Assembly: GCA_017646665.1 (NCBI GenBank)
Contig: JAGCMB010000036.1
Span: 26,963-90,962, forward strand
Origin: Bacteroidaceae bacterium
GTDB lineage: Bacteria; Bacteroidota; Bacteroidia; Bacteroidales; Bacteroidaceae
Direction: 5' to 3'
DNA: 64,000 nucleotides
Below the pieces are notes generated by a model. It did no database searches. It was not told the DNA's origin and worked only from the letters and a program-made list of their open reading frames with translations. Position numbers and translations under genes: made by a program. Positions 29,489 to 39,635 of this stretch are shown piece by piece (within the stretch, counting starts at the first letter, position 1; the number at the start of each line of letters is the position of its first letter).

Positions 29489-31039
29489 ATGTTTAACGGA
29501 CATCCTAAAGGTTTGTGGGCTCTAGCCCTTGCCAACACCGGTGAGCGTTTCGGCTATTACACTATGTTGGCTGTGTTCCTGTTCTTCTTGCAGGACAACT
29601 TCGGTTTCTCTATGGGAACCTCAAGTACAATCCAGGCAACTTTCCTGGGAGTAGTTTATTTTGTACCTCTTTTCGGTGGTATGCTTGCCGACAAGTTCGG
29701 TTTCGGTAAGATGGTAACAACCGGTATCTTCGTAATGTTCTTGGGATACTTGTTGCTTGCATTGCCTCTTGGCGCCGGAAATCTTGCACTTGGTGTAATG
29801 GTGCTTGCATTGTTGTTTGTGTGCATCGGTACCGGTCTTTTCAAGGGTAACCTCCAGGTACTTGTAGGTAACTTGTATGACGATCCAAAATATGCCGCAA
29901 AGCGCGACGAGGGTTTCAGCATCTTCTATATGGCAATCAACATCGGTTCTATGTTTGCTGCTGCTGCCGCACTTGGCATTATGGCTTGGGTGCAGGCCGA
30001 TTACAGCGTAAGCAAGGCTGACTCTTACCACTTTGCATTTGCTGTTGCTTGTATCTCATTGATTGTTTCAATCATCATCTATTATGCATTCCGTGGTACA
30101 TTTGCTCACGCTGACCGTGCCAAGGTTGCTGCAAAGGGCGCTACAAATGTAGCCGAGGAGCAGTTGACTCCTGCACAGACAAAGGAGAGAATCATCTGCC
30201 TTTGCCTTGTGTTTGCCGTGGTTATCTTCTTCTGGATGGCGTTCCACCAGAATGGTATTACAATGAACCAGTTTGCACGTGAGTACACAGCTACTTCTGA
30301 GACTGGTTTCATGAGCCTCTTCCTCAGCAAGTCATTCAGCTTCACCGATATGAGAAGCATCTGGAATCTTGTGGCTGTCATTCTCCTTGTATATGGTATC
30401 CTCAACATCTTCCAGTCTAAGACTGTAAAGGGTAAGGCTATTGCTGCTGCTCTTTTCTTGGCTGCAGGTGGCTTGCTCGTTTACCGTGCTATGAACGTAA
30501 CAGGTTCTGTTGAGGTTGAAGCTCCTATTTTCCAGCAGTTCAACCCTTGCTTTGTTGTTGCGTTGACACCTATCGTGATGCTTGTGTTCAGCTCACTTGC
30601 AAAGAAGGGTAAAGAGCCTTCATCACCAATGAAGATTGGTCTTGGTATGCTTGTTGCTGCTGTGGCATTCGTTATCCTTATGGTGGGCTCTTGGGGTCTT
30701 CCTGTTCAGGCTGAGCAGTTGGCTGCAACAGAGGCTGGTACTGCAACTTTGGTTTCTCCAAACTGGCTCATCAGCACATATCTTGTGTTGACTGTTGCCG
30801 AATTGTTGCTCTCTCCAATCGGTATCTCATTCGTGAGCAAGGTTGCTCCTCCAAAGTACAAGGGTATGATGATGGGTGGCTGGTTTGTGGCTACTGCAAT
30901 TGGTAACTTCCTCATCTCAATCCCAGGTCTTCTTTGGGGTATGGAACTTTACATTGTATGGGGTGTGCTCATTGCTGTATGTCTTGTATCGGCACTCTTT
31001 ATCTTCTCAATCCTCAAGCGTCTTGAGAAGGTTGCATAA
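29489..31039 (+). CDS. Proton-dependent oligopeptide transporter (POT/PTR2, MFS)
   Basis: MFNGHPKGLWALALANTGERFGYY (ExxERFxYY motif) and a multi-TM protein. The ORF-track start at 29429 is an upstream extension. Confidence 0.92.
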   Translation: MFNGHPKGLWALALANTGERFGYYTMLAVFLFFLQDNFGFSMGTSSTIQATFLGVVYFVPLFGGMLADKFGFGKMVTTGIFVMFLGYLLLALPLGAGNLALGVMVLALLFVCIGTGLFKGNLQVLVGNLYDDPKYAAKRDEGFSIFYMAINIGSMFAAAAALGIMAWVQADYSVSKADSYHFAFAVACISLIVSIIIYYAFRGTFAHADRAKVAAKGATNVAEEQLTPAQTKERIICLCLVFAVVIFFWMAFHQNGITMNQFAREYTATSETGFMSLFLSKSFSFTDMRSIWNLVAVILLVYGILNIFQSKTVKGKAIAAALFLAAGGLLVYRAMNVTGSVEVEAPIFQQFNPCFVVALTPIVMLVFSSLAKKGKEPSSPMKIGLGMLVAAVAFVILMVGSWGLPVQAEQLAATEAGTATLVSPNWLISTYLVLTVAELLLSPIGISFVSKVAPPKYKGMMMGGWFVATAIGNFLISIPGLLWGMELYIVWGVLIAVCLVSALFIFSILKRLEKVA

Positions 31040-31065
31040 TCATTGCAATATCAAATGTTTAAATA

Positions 31066-31100
31066 AGAAAGGACAGGCCACGGCCTGTCCTTTCTGTTTA
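31066..31100 (+). terminator. Rho-independent terminator after the POT transporter
   Basis: AGAAAGGACAGGCC-AC-GGCCTGTCCTTTCT 14-bp stem followed by GTTTAT. Confidence 0.75.
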
Positions 31101-31246
31101 TATAAAAACGTAACAGTTTCAAAAAAAATGTTATAGCTGTTGCTTTTAAATTTTAATTTCATAAATTTGCGCTTAAACGCGAATATATACTGTACTTGCT
31201 GTGTGAAATATACAAGTAAACCTGTTATTTCCCGCTCGTTTGTTCC

Positions 31247-31254
31247 TATATTTG
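31247..31254 (+). promoter_or_regulatory. -7 promoter box TATATTTG for the lplA-gcv operon
   Basis: Perfect TAnnTTTG, 33 nt upstream of the ATG at 31287. Confidence 0.5.
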
Positions 31255-31286
31255 CAGAAACTGATGGTGGCTTACATTTATTCCGT

Positions 31287-32258
31287 ATGATTTATGTAGA
31301 ACTTCCAGTTGAAAAAAACCGACGTCTGCCGTTTTATTTGGCAATGGAGGAGTATGTTGCACGAGAATTTCCCGCGCAGGACTATTTTTTCATCTGGCAA
31401 GTAGAGCCCACTGTTATTTTCGGACGTAATCAACTTGTTGATAGTGAAGTTGATGTCGCTTTCTGCCGTGCCAACGGTATTCAATTCTATCGCAGAAAAA
31501 GCGGAGGAGGGTGTGTGTTTGCCGACCGCAGCAATCTGATGCTTTCCTATATCACTCCTGCCACAAACGTGAATTTTACTTTCAACCGTTATATGCTGAT
31601 GGTTGAAGATGCCTTACAGCGTCTTGGAATAGATGCAAAGACGTCGGGACGTAACGACATTCTCATTGATGGCAAAAAGGTCTCGGGCAATGCTTTCTAT
31701 CATCTCCCCGGACGCAGCATTGTACACGGAACAATGCTCTATGATACAAATCTCGATTATATGCTCAATGCCACAACGCCCTCTGCAACAAAATTGCGCA
31801 GCAAGGGAGTGGAGTCGGTGCGCCAACATATCACAACGCTTTGCAACCACATTAATATTACAATCGAAGAGCTTAAAGAGCATCTTCGCAGTGTGCTATG
31901 TGATGGGGCAATAGTGCTTTCTGCAGCAGATGTTACGGCAATAGAACGTCTGGAACAGGAGTATTACGATGACAGCTTCATTTTCGGCAACAATCCGGCA
32001 GCAACACTTGCTAAAGTCCAACGTATTGAGGGGGTGGGCGAGTTCCACGTATCGGTAGATGTAAAGGAGAACAGAATCCGCAAGGTGTCGCTTGCCGGGG
32101 ATTTCTTTATTATAGGAGATTTGAACTCTATGTTGCTCAACAAGTTGAATGGGGTGGAGTATAACCGCGCTGCCATAGAAAAGGTACTTGCTGATGTGGA
32201 TACCGGAGATATAATAATGAATCTGAAAAAGGAAGAACTTATAAACCTATTAATATAA
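31287..32258 (+). CDS. lplA: Lipoate--protein ligase A
   Basis: MIYVELP...RLPFYLAMEEY..., RRKSGGGCVFAD and GKKVSGNAFY (lipoyl-AMP lysine region). The promoter box lies inside the ORF-track extension (31140), which supports the 31287 start. Confidence 0.88.
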   Translation: MIYVELPVEKNRRLPFYLAMEEYVAREFPAQDYFFIWQVEPTVIFGRNQLVDSEVDVAFCRANGIQFYRRKSGGGCVFADRSNLMLSYITPATNVNFTFNRYMLMVEDALQRLGIDAKTSGRNDILIDGKKVSGNAFYHLPGRSIVHGTMLYDTNLDYMLNATTPSATKLRSKGVESVRQHITTLCNHINITIEELKEHLRSVLCDGAIVLSAADVTAIERLEQEYYDDSFIFGNNPAATLAKVQRIEGVGEFHVSVDVKENRIRKVSLAGDFFIIGDLNSMLLNKLNGVEYNRAAIEKVLADVDTGDIIMNLKKEELINLLI

Positions 32259-32265
32259 CTGACCT

Positions 32266-33354
32266 ATGGAAAATAAAAGAACCTGTCTTTATGACAAACA
32301 CGTTGCATTGGGTGCGTTGATAAGCCCGTTCGGAGGTTTTGATATGCCAATTCAGTATAGCAATATTGTTGACGAGCATAATGCGGTTCGCCAGGCTTGT
32401 GGAGTCTTTGACGTGTCGCATATGGGCGAGGTGCTTGTTACCGGTGCCGAAAGCGAAAAGTTCGTGAACCATATTTTTACAAATGATGTCACCGGTGCTC
32501 CGGATGGCAAGATATATTACGGAATGATGTGTCACCCGTCGGGCGGTGTTGTAGACGATTTGCTTGTGTACAAGATGGCGCCACAGCGATATTTCCTTGT
32601 TATCAACGCTTCGAACATCGACAAGGATGTTGCTTGGATAATGGAACACGCCAAGGCGTTCGATGTCGTTGTTGAACACCAGAGCGACAAGTATGGCGAG
32701 GTAGCTGTGCAAGGTCCCAAAACAGAGGAAATCATTGAACGTGTACTTGGTATTCCTTGTAAGGAACTGGCTTTCTACACCTGTAAGGAGTTGGAGTATA
32801 ATGGTGAAACAATAATAATTAGCCGTACCGGTTACACCGGCGAGGATGGCTTTGAGCTTTACGGTTCACACGCCTTTACAAACGAAGTGTGGGATAAGCT
32901 GCTTGCAAGTGGCGAAGTGAAGCCTTGTGGTCTTGGATGTCGTGATACATTGCGCTTTGAGGTAGGCTTGCCGTTGTATGGCGATGAACTCACAGATGAT
33001 ATAACTCCACTTGAAGCCGGTTTGGGAATATTCGTAAAGCTAGAAAAGGATTTTATAGGCAAGGAGGCTCTTGCAGCGCAAAAAAGCGAAGGCTTGAAAC
33101 GTAAGATTGTGGGCATAGAGCTCAAAGACAAAGCTATACCACGTCACGGATATGAGGTTGAGGCCGATGGAAAAGTCGTAGGCGTTGTTACAACCGGATA
33201 CAATTCAATATCAACCGGCAAGAGTGTGTGTATGGCTATGGTAGATATTGAATATGCAAAACTCGACACCGAGGTGGCCGTGCGCATACGCAAGAAGGTG
33301 TTCCCCGGTGTGGTGACAAAGAAACGTTTCTATGACAAGAATTACAAGAAGTAA
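32266..33354 (+). CDS. gcvT: Glycine cleavage system T protein (aminomethyltransferase)
   Basis: 362 aa with GALISPFGGFDMPIQY, FDVSHMGE and ISRTGYTGEDGFEL. Confidence 0.95.
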   Translation: MENKRTCLYDKHVALGALISPFGGFDMPIQYSNIVDEHNAVRQACGVFDVSHMGEVLVTGAESEKFVNHIFTNDVTGAPDGKIYYGMMCHPSGGVVDDLLVYKMAPQRYFLVINASNIDKDVAWIMEHAKAFDVVVEHQSDKYGEVAVQGPKTEEIIERVLGIPCKELAFYTCKELEYNGETIIISRTGYTGEDGFELYGSHAFTNEVWDKLLASGEVKPCGLGCRDTLRFEVGLPLYGDELTDDITPLEAGLGIFVKLEKDFIGKEALAAQKSEGLKRKIVGIELKDKAIPRHGYEVEADGKVVGVVTTGYNSISTGKSVCMAMVDIEYAKLDTEVAVRIRKKVFPGVVTKKRFYDKNYKK

Positions 33355-33402
33355 AAAAACTATAAAACTAAACTTAATAACTAACCAATAAAAAAACTGA
33401 TT

Positions 33403-33783
33403 ATGAGTACAATTCTGGAAGGACTCCGCTATGCCGAGTCACACGAGTATGTAAAGGTAGAGGGTGAATTTGGATATGTCGGTATTACCGATTATGCACA
33501 GCACGAGCTTGGCAATGTCGTATATGTGGATATGCCTGATGTTGATGATGAAGTGACTGCCGGTGAAGATTTTGGTGCCGTAGAGAGCGTGAAGGCTGCA
33601 AGTGACCTCATTTCGCCTGTTAGCGGTGTTGTTGTTGAAGTGAACGAGGCTTTGAATGACAGTCCTGAACTAGTGAACAGCGACCCTTATGCAAACTGGA
33701 TTATCAAGGTAAAACTTTCCGACCCTTCGGAGGCTGACGCTTTGATGGACGCAGCGGCTTACAAGGCGTTCATTAATGAATAA
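33403..33783 (+). CDS. gcvH: Glycine cleavage system H protein
   Basis: 126 aa with the lipoyl-lysine motif ESVKAASD. Confidence 0.95.
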   Translation: MSTILEGLRYAESHEYVKVEGEFGYVGITDYAQHELGNVVYVDMPDVDDEVTAGEDFGAVESVKAASDLISPVSGVVVEVNEALNDSPELVNSDPYANWIIKVKLSDPSEADALMDAAAYKAFINE

Positions 33784-33840
33784 CAAACCAAGAGCAACAG
33801 GCGCGTGACAGTACCTGTTGCTCTATATGTTTTTTTGATT

Positions 33841-35157
33841 ATGAAATATTTTCCTCATACCCAACAGGATATTGAGCAGATGCTTGAGGTTGCCGGATTG
33901 AAGTCTATGGACGACCTCTATGGCGAGATACCGCAGCAACTGCTTTTTGACCGCGAATTCGCACTCCCCGAAGCGATGTCCGAGGTGGAGGTGAGGCGGT
34001 TTTTTGAGCTTCTTGGCAATAAGAATGCAAGGCTTGCCTGCTTTGCAGGTGCCGGAGTCGAGGATCACTATGCACCGTCGGTGATTGCACCGATATTATC
34101 GCGTGGTGAGTTCTTGACTGCATACACCCCCTATCAGCCCGAAATTTCACAAGGTACATTGCAATATATCTTTGAGTATCAGTCGATGATTTGCGAACTG
34201 ACAGGAATGGATGTCACCAACGCTTCGATGTATGATGGAACAACAGCAACAGCCGAGGCTATGATGATGTGCGTTTCCATTGCAAAGAAACGTAATAAAG
34301 TCTTGATATCTGCCACAATGAACCCACGTGTCAGACGTGTAGTGGAAACGTATGCAAAATATCAGGGTGTTGTAATAGAAACCATCGCCGAAAAGGATGG
34401 TGTTACAGACCTTGCCGATTTGCAGACAAGACTGGAGGCTGATGATGTTGCCGGTGTCATTCTTGCACAGCCAAACTTCTATGGTATTGTCGAGGATTAT
34501 ACAGGTGTGGCCGATATGTGCCACTCAAAAAAGGCAATGTTTGTAATGAATTGCAAGCCATCGGGGCTTGCTGTGCTCAAGACACCTGCAGAGTGGGGTG
34601 CGGACATTGCTTGTGGCGATGCACAGTCGCTGGGTATTCCAATGTGCTATGGTGGCCCGTATGTAGGTTTCATAGCTTGTACCAATGCAAATATACGCAA
34701 ACTTCCCGGCCGCATCGTGGGTGCCACAACCGATGTTGACGGCAAGCGCGCATTTGTTCTTACATTGCAGGCGCGTGAACAACATATACGTCGCGAAAAG
34801 GCTAACAGCAACATCTGCTCCAACCAATCGCTGATGGCGCTCTATGTAACTATCTATATGTCCGTTATGGGACACAAGGGACTGAAAGAGGCTTGCGAAC
34901 TCTCATATAGTGGAGCTCATTACCTTGCAGAAAGACTTGTTGCAACAGGTAAATGCACAATGGTATTCGACAAACCGTTTTTCAATGAATTTGCTGTGCG
35001 CACAACAGTGTCAGCAAAGAAGGTGCTGGATGAACTGTGTGCAAACGGAATTCTTGGAGGTGTGCGCATAGCTGATGATGTACTGCTTGTGTGCGTTACA
35101 GAACAGCGTACAAAAGAGGAGTTGGATAAGTTCGTTGAAATAGTGAACAATATTTAA
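33841..35157 (+). CDS. gcvPA: Glycine dehydrogenase (decarboxylating) subunit 1
   Basis: [15 protein letters not shown] start and the [16 protein letters not shown] motif, about 438 aa. Confidence 0.93.
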   Translation: MKYFPHTQQDIEQMLEVAGLKSMDDLYGEIPQQLLFDREFALPEAMSEVEVRRFFELLGNKNARLACFAGAGVEDHYAPSVIAPILSRGEFLTAYTPYQPEISQGTLQYIFEYQSMICELTGMDVTNASMYDGTTATAEAMMMCVSIAKKRNKVLISATMNPRVRRVVETYAKYQGVVIETIAEKDGVTDLADLQTRLEADDVAGVILAQPNFYGIVEDYTGVADMCHSKKAMFVMNCKPSGLAVLKTPAEWGADIACGDAQSLGIPMCYGGPYVGFIACTNANIRKLPGRIVGATTDVDGKRAFVLTLQAREQHIRREKANSNICSNQSLMALYVTIYMSVMGHKGLKEACELSYSGAHYLAERLVATGKCTMVFDKPFFNEFAVRTTVSAKKVLDELCANGILGGVRIADDVLLVCVTEQRTKEELDKFVEIVNNI

Positions 35158-36641
35158 TGTCAGGAGGAAATATTATGATACGCAATTACGATAAATTGAT
35201 TTTCGAGCTCTCAAAAGAGGGCAGAACAGGATATTCCCTTCCAAAAAATGTTTTCAAGGAAAAATATTCTCTTTGCAGTTTGCCGTCAAATCTGAAACGT
35301 GAGTGTGCGCCCGAGCTACCCGAGGTAACAGAATTTGATGTGGTGCGTCATTACACAAACCTGTCAAACAAGAACTTTGGTGTGGATACGGGATTTTATC
35401 CTCTTGGCAGTTGTACAATGAAGTACAACCCGCGTCTGAACGAGGAGATAAGTGCGTTGCCGTCGTTTGCTGCACTGCACCCCGATGCTCCGGTAGAAAC
35501 AGCGCAAGGAGCGTTGGAGGTATATTATAATCTGGCTGCATCGCTTGCCGAAATAAGTGGCCTTGCTGCTTTCACGCTAAACCCTTATGCCGGAGCACAC
35601 GGTGAGCTGACAGGCTTGATGATTATGCGTTCATATCACCAGCAACGTGGCGACACCAAACGTACAAAGGTTATCGTTCCCGATAGCGCCCACGGTACAA
35701 ACCCTGCCAGCGCTGCTGTGTGCGGTCTTGAAATCGTCGAGGTGAAATCAACTGCTGACGGAACAGTTGATGTAGAGGATTTGAAACCGTTGCTTGACGA
35801 CACCATTGCCGGTATTATGATGACTAATCCTAATACACTGGGTATATTTGAAACAGAAATTCCTGAGATTGCACGCCTTGTACACGAGTGTGGCGGCTTG
35901 CTCTACTATGATGGAGCAAACCTAAACGCCGTGCTTGGAAAGTGCCGCCCCGGAGATATGGGCTTTGACATTATGCATATCAACCTTCACAAGACGTTCT
36001 CAACACCACACGGTGGCGGAGGCCCTGGTGATGGTCCGGTGGGTGTGCGTGCAGGCCTCGAGGCGTTGTTACCCAATCCACAGGTGAAAAAGGATGCCAA
36101 TGGAAAATTCTACATCGACACCGATGAAAAATCGGCCGGTTATGTGTCCAATTTCCTTGGAAACTTTGGCGTGCTGTTACGTGCATACACCTATATTCTC
36201 ACTCTCGGTCGCGAGAATGTGAAGATGGTAGGCCCGCTTGCAGTACTGAACGCGAACTATGTGAAGGAGTCGCTTAAGAACGAGTATTATCTGCCTATCG
36301 AGGGTGTTTGCAAGCACGAGTTCGTGTTCGACGGCCTTGCCGACAAATCAACAGGTGTCACAACGCTTGATATTGCCAAGCGTCTGCTTGATTACGGCTA
36401 TCACGCTCCAACAATATACTTCCCTTTGCTATTCCATCAGAGTATAATGATTGAGCCTACTGAAACGGAAAGCAAAGAAACTCTTGACGAATTCATTGCT
36501 GTAATGAAAAAGGTTGCAGCCGAGGCTGTCGAGAACCCCGATGTTGTGAAGAGCGCTCCGCATAGCACACCGGTGCGCCGTCTTGACGAAACGACGGCCG
36601 CGCGCTCACCAAAGACAACATACAGACAACTTGTAGGTTGA
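35157..36641 (+). CDS. gcvPB: Glycine dehydrogenase (decarboxylating) subunit 2
   Basis: PLP-lysine region [16 protein letters not shown]. The ATG overlaps the gcvPA stop (TAATG). An alternative start is at 35175. Confidence 0.93.
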   Translation: MSGGNIMIRNYDKLIFELSKEGRTGYSLPKNVFKEKYSLCSLPSNLKRECAPELPEVTEFDVVRHYTNLSNKNFGVDTGFYPLGSCTMKYNPRLNEEISALPSFAALHPDAPVETAQGALEVYYNLAASLAEISGLAAFTLNPYAGAHGELTGLMIMRSYHQQRGDTKRTKVIVPDSAHGTNPASAAVCGLEIVEVKSTADGTVDVEDLKPLLDDTIAGIMMTNPNTLGIFETEIPEIARLVHECGGLLYYDGANLNAVLGKCRPGDMGFDIMHINLHKTFSTPHGGGGPGDGPVGVRAGLEALLPNPQVKKDANGKFYIDTDEKSAGYVSNFLGNFGVLLRAYTYILTLGRENVKMVGPLAVLNANYVKESLKNEYYLPIEGVCKHEFVFDGLADKSTGVTTLDIAKRLLDYGYHAPTIYFPLLFHQSIMIEPTETESKETLDEFIAVMKKVAAEAVENPDVVKSAPHSTPVRRLDETTAARSPKTTYRQLVG

Positions 36642-36658
36642 TAATAATAATGAATTTT

Positions 36659-36697
36659 GCAAGAGGAGGCAAGGAGAAATCTTTGCCTCTTCTTGTC
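36659..36697 (+). terminator. Hairpin after gcvPB (possible terminator, no clear T-tract)
   Basis: GCAAGAGGAGGCAA...TTGCCTCTTCTTG stem with one G-U pair. Confidence 0.4.
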
Positions 36698-36802
36698 TGC
36701 ATATATAGACAAATGATAATATCTTGCATTGCCGGATGGTATTTACATATTTTTCATTATTTTCGCGCAATATTTTGAAAAAGAATATTAAAAACATAGA
36801 AA

Positions 36803-38791
36803 ATGAAACAGGAAAATGAAAAACAGACGGGATTGCCCGAGAATGCGTTCCGTCCATTGAAAGAGGGCGAGGAGTACAAACCTTTGATGTCGCCCGACAA
36901 AAAATACCCCGAGGTAAATGCTTGGTCCGTGACTTGGGGTGTGCTTATGGCAGTGTTGTTTTCGGCTGCATCGGCATATCTTGGTTTGAAGGTGGGTCAG
37001 GTTTTTGAAGCAGCTATCCCCGTTGCCATCATTGCAGTTGGAATGTCAACACTGGCAAAACGTAAGGGCGCTCTTGGTGAGAATGTTATAATTCAGTCAA
37101 TAGGCGCCTGTTCGGGCGTTATTGTAGCGGGCGCGATATTTACTTTGCCGGCATTGTATATCCTAAAGGCAAAATATCCCGATATGACGGTGACGTTTAT
37201 GCAGATGTTCATCAGTTCATTGCTTGGTGGCGTCTTGGGTATATTGTTCTTGATTCCTTTCCGCAAATATTTTGTAAAGGAGAAACACGGCGAATATCCT
37301 TTCCCCGAGGCTACAGCAAGCACTCAGGTGCTGGTATCGGGCGAGAAGGGCGGCAGTCAGGCGAAACCGTTGTTGATAGCCGGACTTATTGGTGGATTGT
37401 ATGATTTTGTAGTTGCTACGTTTGGTTGGTGGAACGAGAATGTCACAACACGCATTGTAGGCTGGGGTGAGCTGCTTGCAGACAAAGCAAAGGTGGTGCT
37501 GAAAATCAATACCGGTGCTGCTGTACTTGGTCTTGGATGTATCATCGGATTGAAATATGCTGTAATTATTTGTGTGGGTTCTCTCCTTGTGTGGTTGGTG
37601 ATTGTTCCGGGAATGGGGTTGCTGTTTGGTGACGAGGTGTTGAATATGTGGAATCCTGAGATTACAACAGCTGTTGGACAGATGTCACCCGAGGAGATTT
37701 TCAGCAACTATGCAAAGAGTATAGGTATCGGTGGTATCGCAATGGCCGGAATTATCGGTATTCTAAAGTCGTGGGGTATCATTAAAAGTGCCGCGAGTCT
37801 TGCTGCACGCGAAATGGGCAGCAAGAAAAACAGCGGTGAGCAGACACGTACACAAAAAGACCTCTCAATGAAGGTGGTGCTCTTTGGCTCTGTATTTACT
37901 TTGTTGATGGTGTTCGTGTTCTTTTTCTTTGACGTGATGAACGGTTGTATTCTGCAAAGTGTAGTAGCCGTGCTGCTTGTGGCCGTGATTTCTTTCCTCT
38001 TCACCACTGTGGCTGCAAATGCCATTGCGATTGTGGGTTCTAACCCTGTATCCGGTATGACATTGATGACTCTTATCCTTGCTTCAGTCATAATGGTTGC
38101 TGTTGGACTTGAAGGCCCTTCGGGAATGGTCGCTGCACTAATTATGGGTGGTGTGGTATGTACTGCGCTCTCTATGGCTGGTGGTTTCATAACCGACCTT
38201 AAAATAGGCTATTGGCTCGGTTCAACGCCTGCAAAGCAGCAGACCTGGAAGTTCTTGGGAACACTTGTGTCTGCCGCTACTGTGGCCGGTGTGATTATGA
38301 TACTTGACAAGACTTACGGTTTTACAAGCGGTGAACTTGCTGCACCACAGGCCAATGCAATGGCAGCGGTGATTGACCCATTGATGAGTGGTGTTGGTGC
38401 TCCCTGGTTGCTATATGGCATTGGTGCCGCACTCGCTTTGGCGTTGACAATCATCAAGGTGCCTGCATTGCCTTTTGCGCTTGGCATGTTCATTCCACTT
38501 GAACTGAACCTTCCTTTGCTTGTGGGCGGTATTATAAATTGGTATATAACAAGCCGTAGCAAGGATGCTGCGTTGAACGCTGAACGTGGTGAAAAGTGTA
38601 CCCTTCTTGCTTCGGGATTCATTGCCGGCGGTGCGCTTATGGGTGTGCTTAGTGCCGGATTGCGCTTTGGCGGTGTCAACTTGGTCAACAAGGAATGGCT
38701 CGGTAATCCGGGTAGCGAGGTGGTGTCGTTGGTGATGTATACATTGTTGATCGTTTACTTGGTTAAGGCAAGTATGAAGATTAAAAAGTAA
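36803..38791 (+). CDS. OPT-family oligopeptide transporter
   Basis: 662 aa, polytopic and Gly/Ala-rich. The N-terminal NAFRPLKEGEEYKPLMSPD... region and overall architecture are typical of bacterial OPT. Confidence 0.85.
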   Translation: MKQENEKQTGLPENAFRPLKEGEEYKPLMSPDKKYPEVNAWSVTWGVLMAVLFSAASAYLGLKVGQVFEAAIPVAIIAVGMSTLAKRKGALGENVIIQSIGACSGVIVAGAIFTLPALYILKAKYPDMTVTFMQMFISSLLGGVLGILFLIPFRKYFVKEKHGEYPFPEATASTQVLVSGEKGGSQAKPLLIAGLIGGLYDFVVATFGWWNENVTTRIVGWGELLADKAKVVLKINTGAAVLGLGCIIGLKYAVIICVGSLLVWLVIVPGMGLLFGDEVLNMWNPEITTAVGQMSPEEIFSNYAKSIGIGGIAMAGIIGILKSWGIIKSAASLAAREMGSKKNSGEQTRTQKDLSMKVVLFGSVFTLLMVFVFFFFDVMNGCILQSVVAVLLVAVISFLFTTVAANAIAIVGSNPVSGMTLMTLILASVIMVAVGLEGPSGMVAALIMGGVVCTALSMAGGFITDLKIGYWLGSTPAKQQTWKFLGTLVSAATVAGVIMILDKTYGFTSGELAAPQANAMAAVIDPLMSGVGAPWLLYGIGAALALALTIIKVPALPFALGMFIPLELNLPLLVGGIINWYITSRSKDAALNAERGEKCTLLASGFIAGGALMGVLSAGLRFGGVNLVNKEWLGNPGSEVVSLVMYTLLIVYLVKASMKIKK

Positions 38792-38810
38792 ATTACTAAA
38801 AAGCGCATTG

Positions 38811-38889
38811 CTGCGTTACGCTTGCCCTGCAAATCCTCATTTACTTCAAGTAAACTCCGGTTTACAGGTCATCGCAAGCCTGGCACTGC
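38811..38889. repeat. Solo copy of a hairpin-bearing intergenic repeat (same family as 53933..54253)
   Basis: CTGCGTTACGCTT-[imperfect hairpin with inner TCATTTAC..GTAAACTCC]-ATCGCAAGCC. The flanks and loop-proximal core are shared with the other copies. Confidence 0.6.
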
Positions 38890-38918
38890 ATCTTTTTATT
38901 AATTTCCCAAAATGACGA

Positions 38919-38950
38919 GAGGGTGTCCCAAGAGAAAATGGGGCACCCTC
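38919..38950. terminator. Bidirectional hairpin between the convergent OPT and MBL-fold genes
   Basis: GAGGGTGTCCC...GGGGCACCCTC stem followed by CTTTGTT. Confidence 0.6.
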
Positions 38951-38988
38951 CTTTGTTATAAAGATATTTCGAGGCGAAAAGCAACAAT

Positions 38989-39627
38989 TTATCTCAAATA
39001 CATATTGTAGCTCTTTTCAAATGCTATTGTTGTTTCGCGGTCGTGTCCGGGATATACAACGGTTTCTTCGGGTAAGGTGAGTATTTTCTCGCGTATTGTT
39101 GTTATCAAATCGCGATGATTGCTGTCGGGGAAATCGGTACGGCCTATGCTGCCACGAAAGAGTGCGTCGCCACTGAAGAGCATTTTTTCTTCGGGCAGAT
39201 AGTAGGCAAGGCTACCGGGGGAGTGTCCCGGAACGGATATGGCAATTATGCGGCTCCCACCGAACAGTATCTCATCGCCATCATTCAGGACACGGCCAAG
39301 TGGTGGCACATCCTCGTCATATTTTACTCCAAAACGTGCAACACGTTCCTTGATGTTTGCAGCCCAAGGCCAATCGGCATCGTTGGCTTCGGCTTTTACA
39401 CCAAAACTCTCCTCAACAAATGCGTTGCCAAAGATGTGGTCAAAGTGCAGATGTGTGTTCAGATGATGCTTTAATGTCAATCCGTTGTCTTCGACGAATT
39501 TCTTTATCTGCTCTCTTTCCTGTGGAAACCAGGCTCCACAATCAATCAGTACGGCCTCTTTGGTGATATCCCAAAGGAGATAACAGTTTGCCTGTATTGG
39601 ATTTACAATGAATTTCTTGAGTTCCAT
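38989..39627 (-). CDS. MBL-fold hydrolase (glyoxalase II-like)
   Basis: 212 aa with THLHFDH (HxHxDH) and a GHSPGS motif. Confidence 0.85.
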   Translation of the reverse strand: MELKKFIVNPIQANCYLLWDITKEAVLIDCGAWFPQEREQIKKFVEDNGLTLKHHLNTHLHFDHIFGNAFVEESFGVKAEANDADWPWAANIKERVARFGVKYDEDVPPLGRVLNDGDEILFGGSRIIAISVPGHSPGSLAYYLPEEKMLFSGDALFRGSIGRTDFPDSNHRDLITTIREKILTLPEETVVYPGHDRETTIAFEKSYNMYLR

Positions 39628-39635
39628 AATGCGGC

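Noticed and set aside
33841-36641. Split gcvPA/gcvPB as a possible frameshifted pseudogene of a fused gcvP
   Set aside because: Both parts are full length with intact motifs. The junction is a clean TAATG stop/start overlap, typical of native two-subunit P-proteins.
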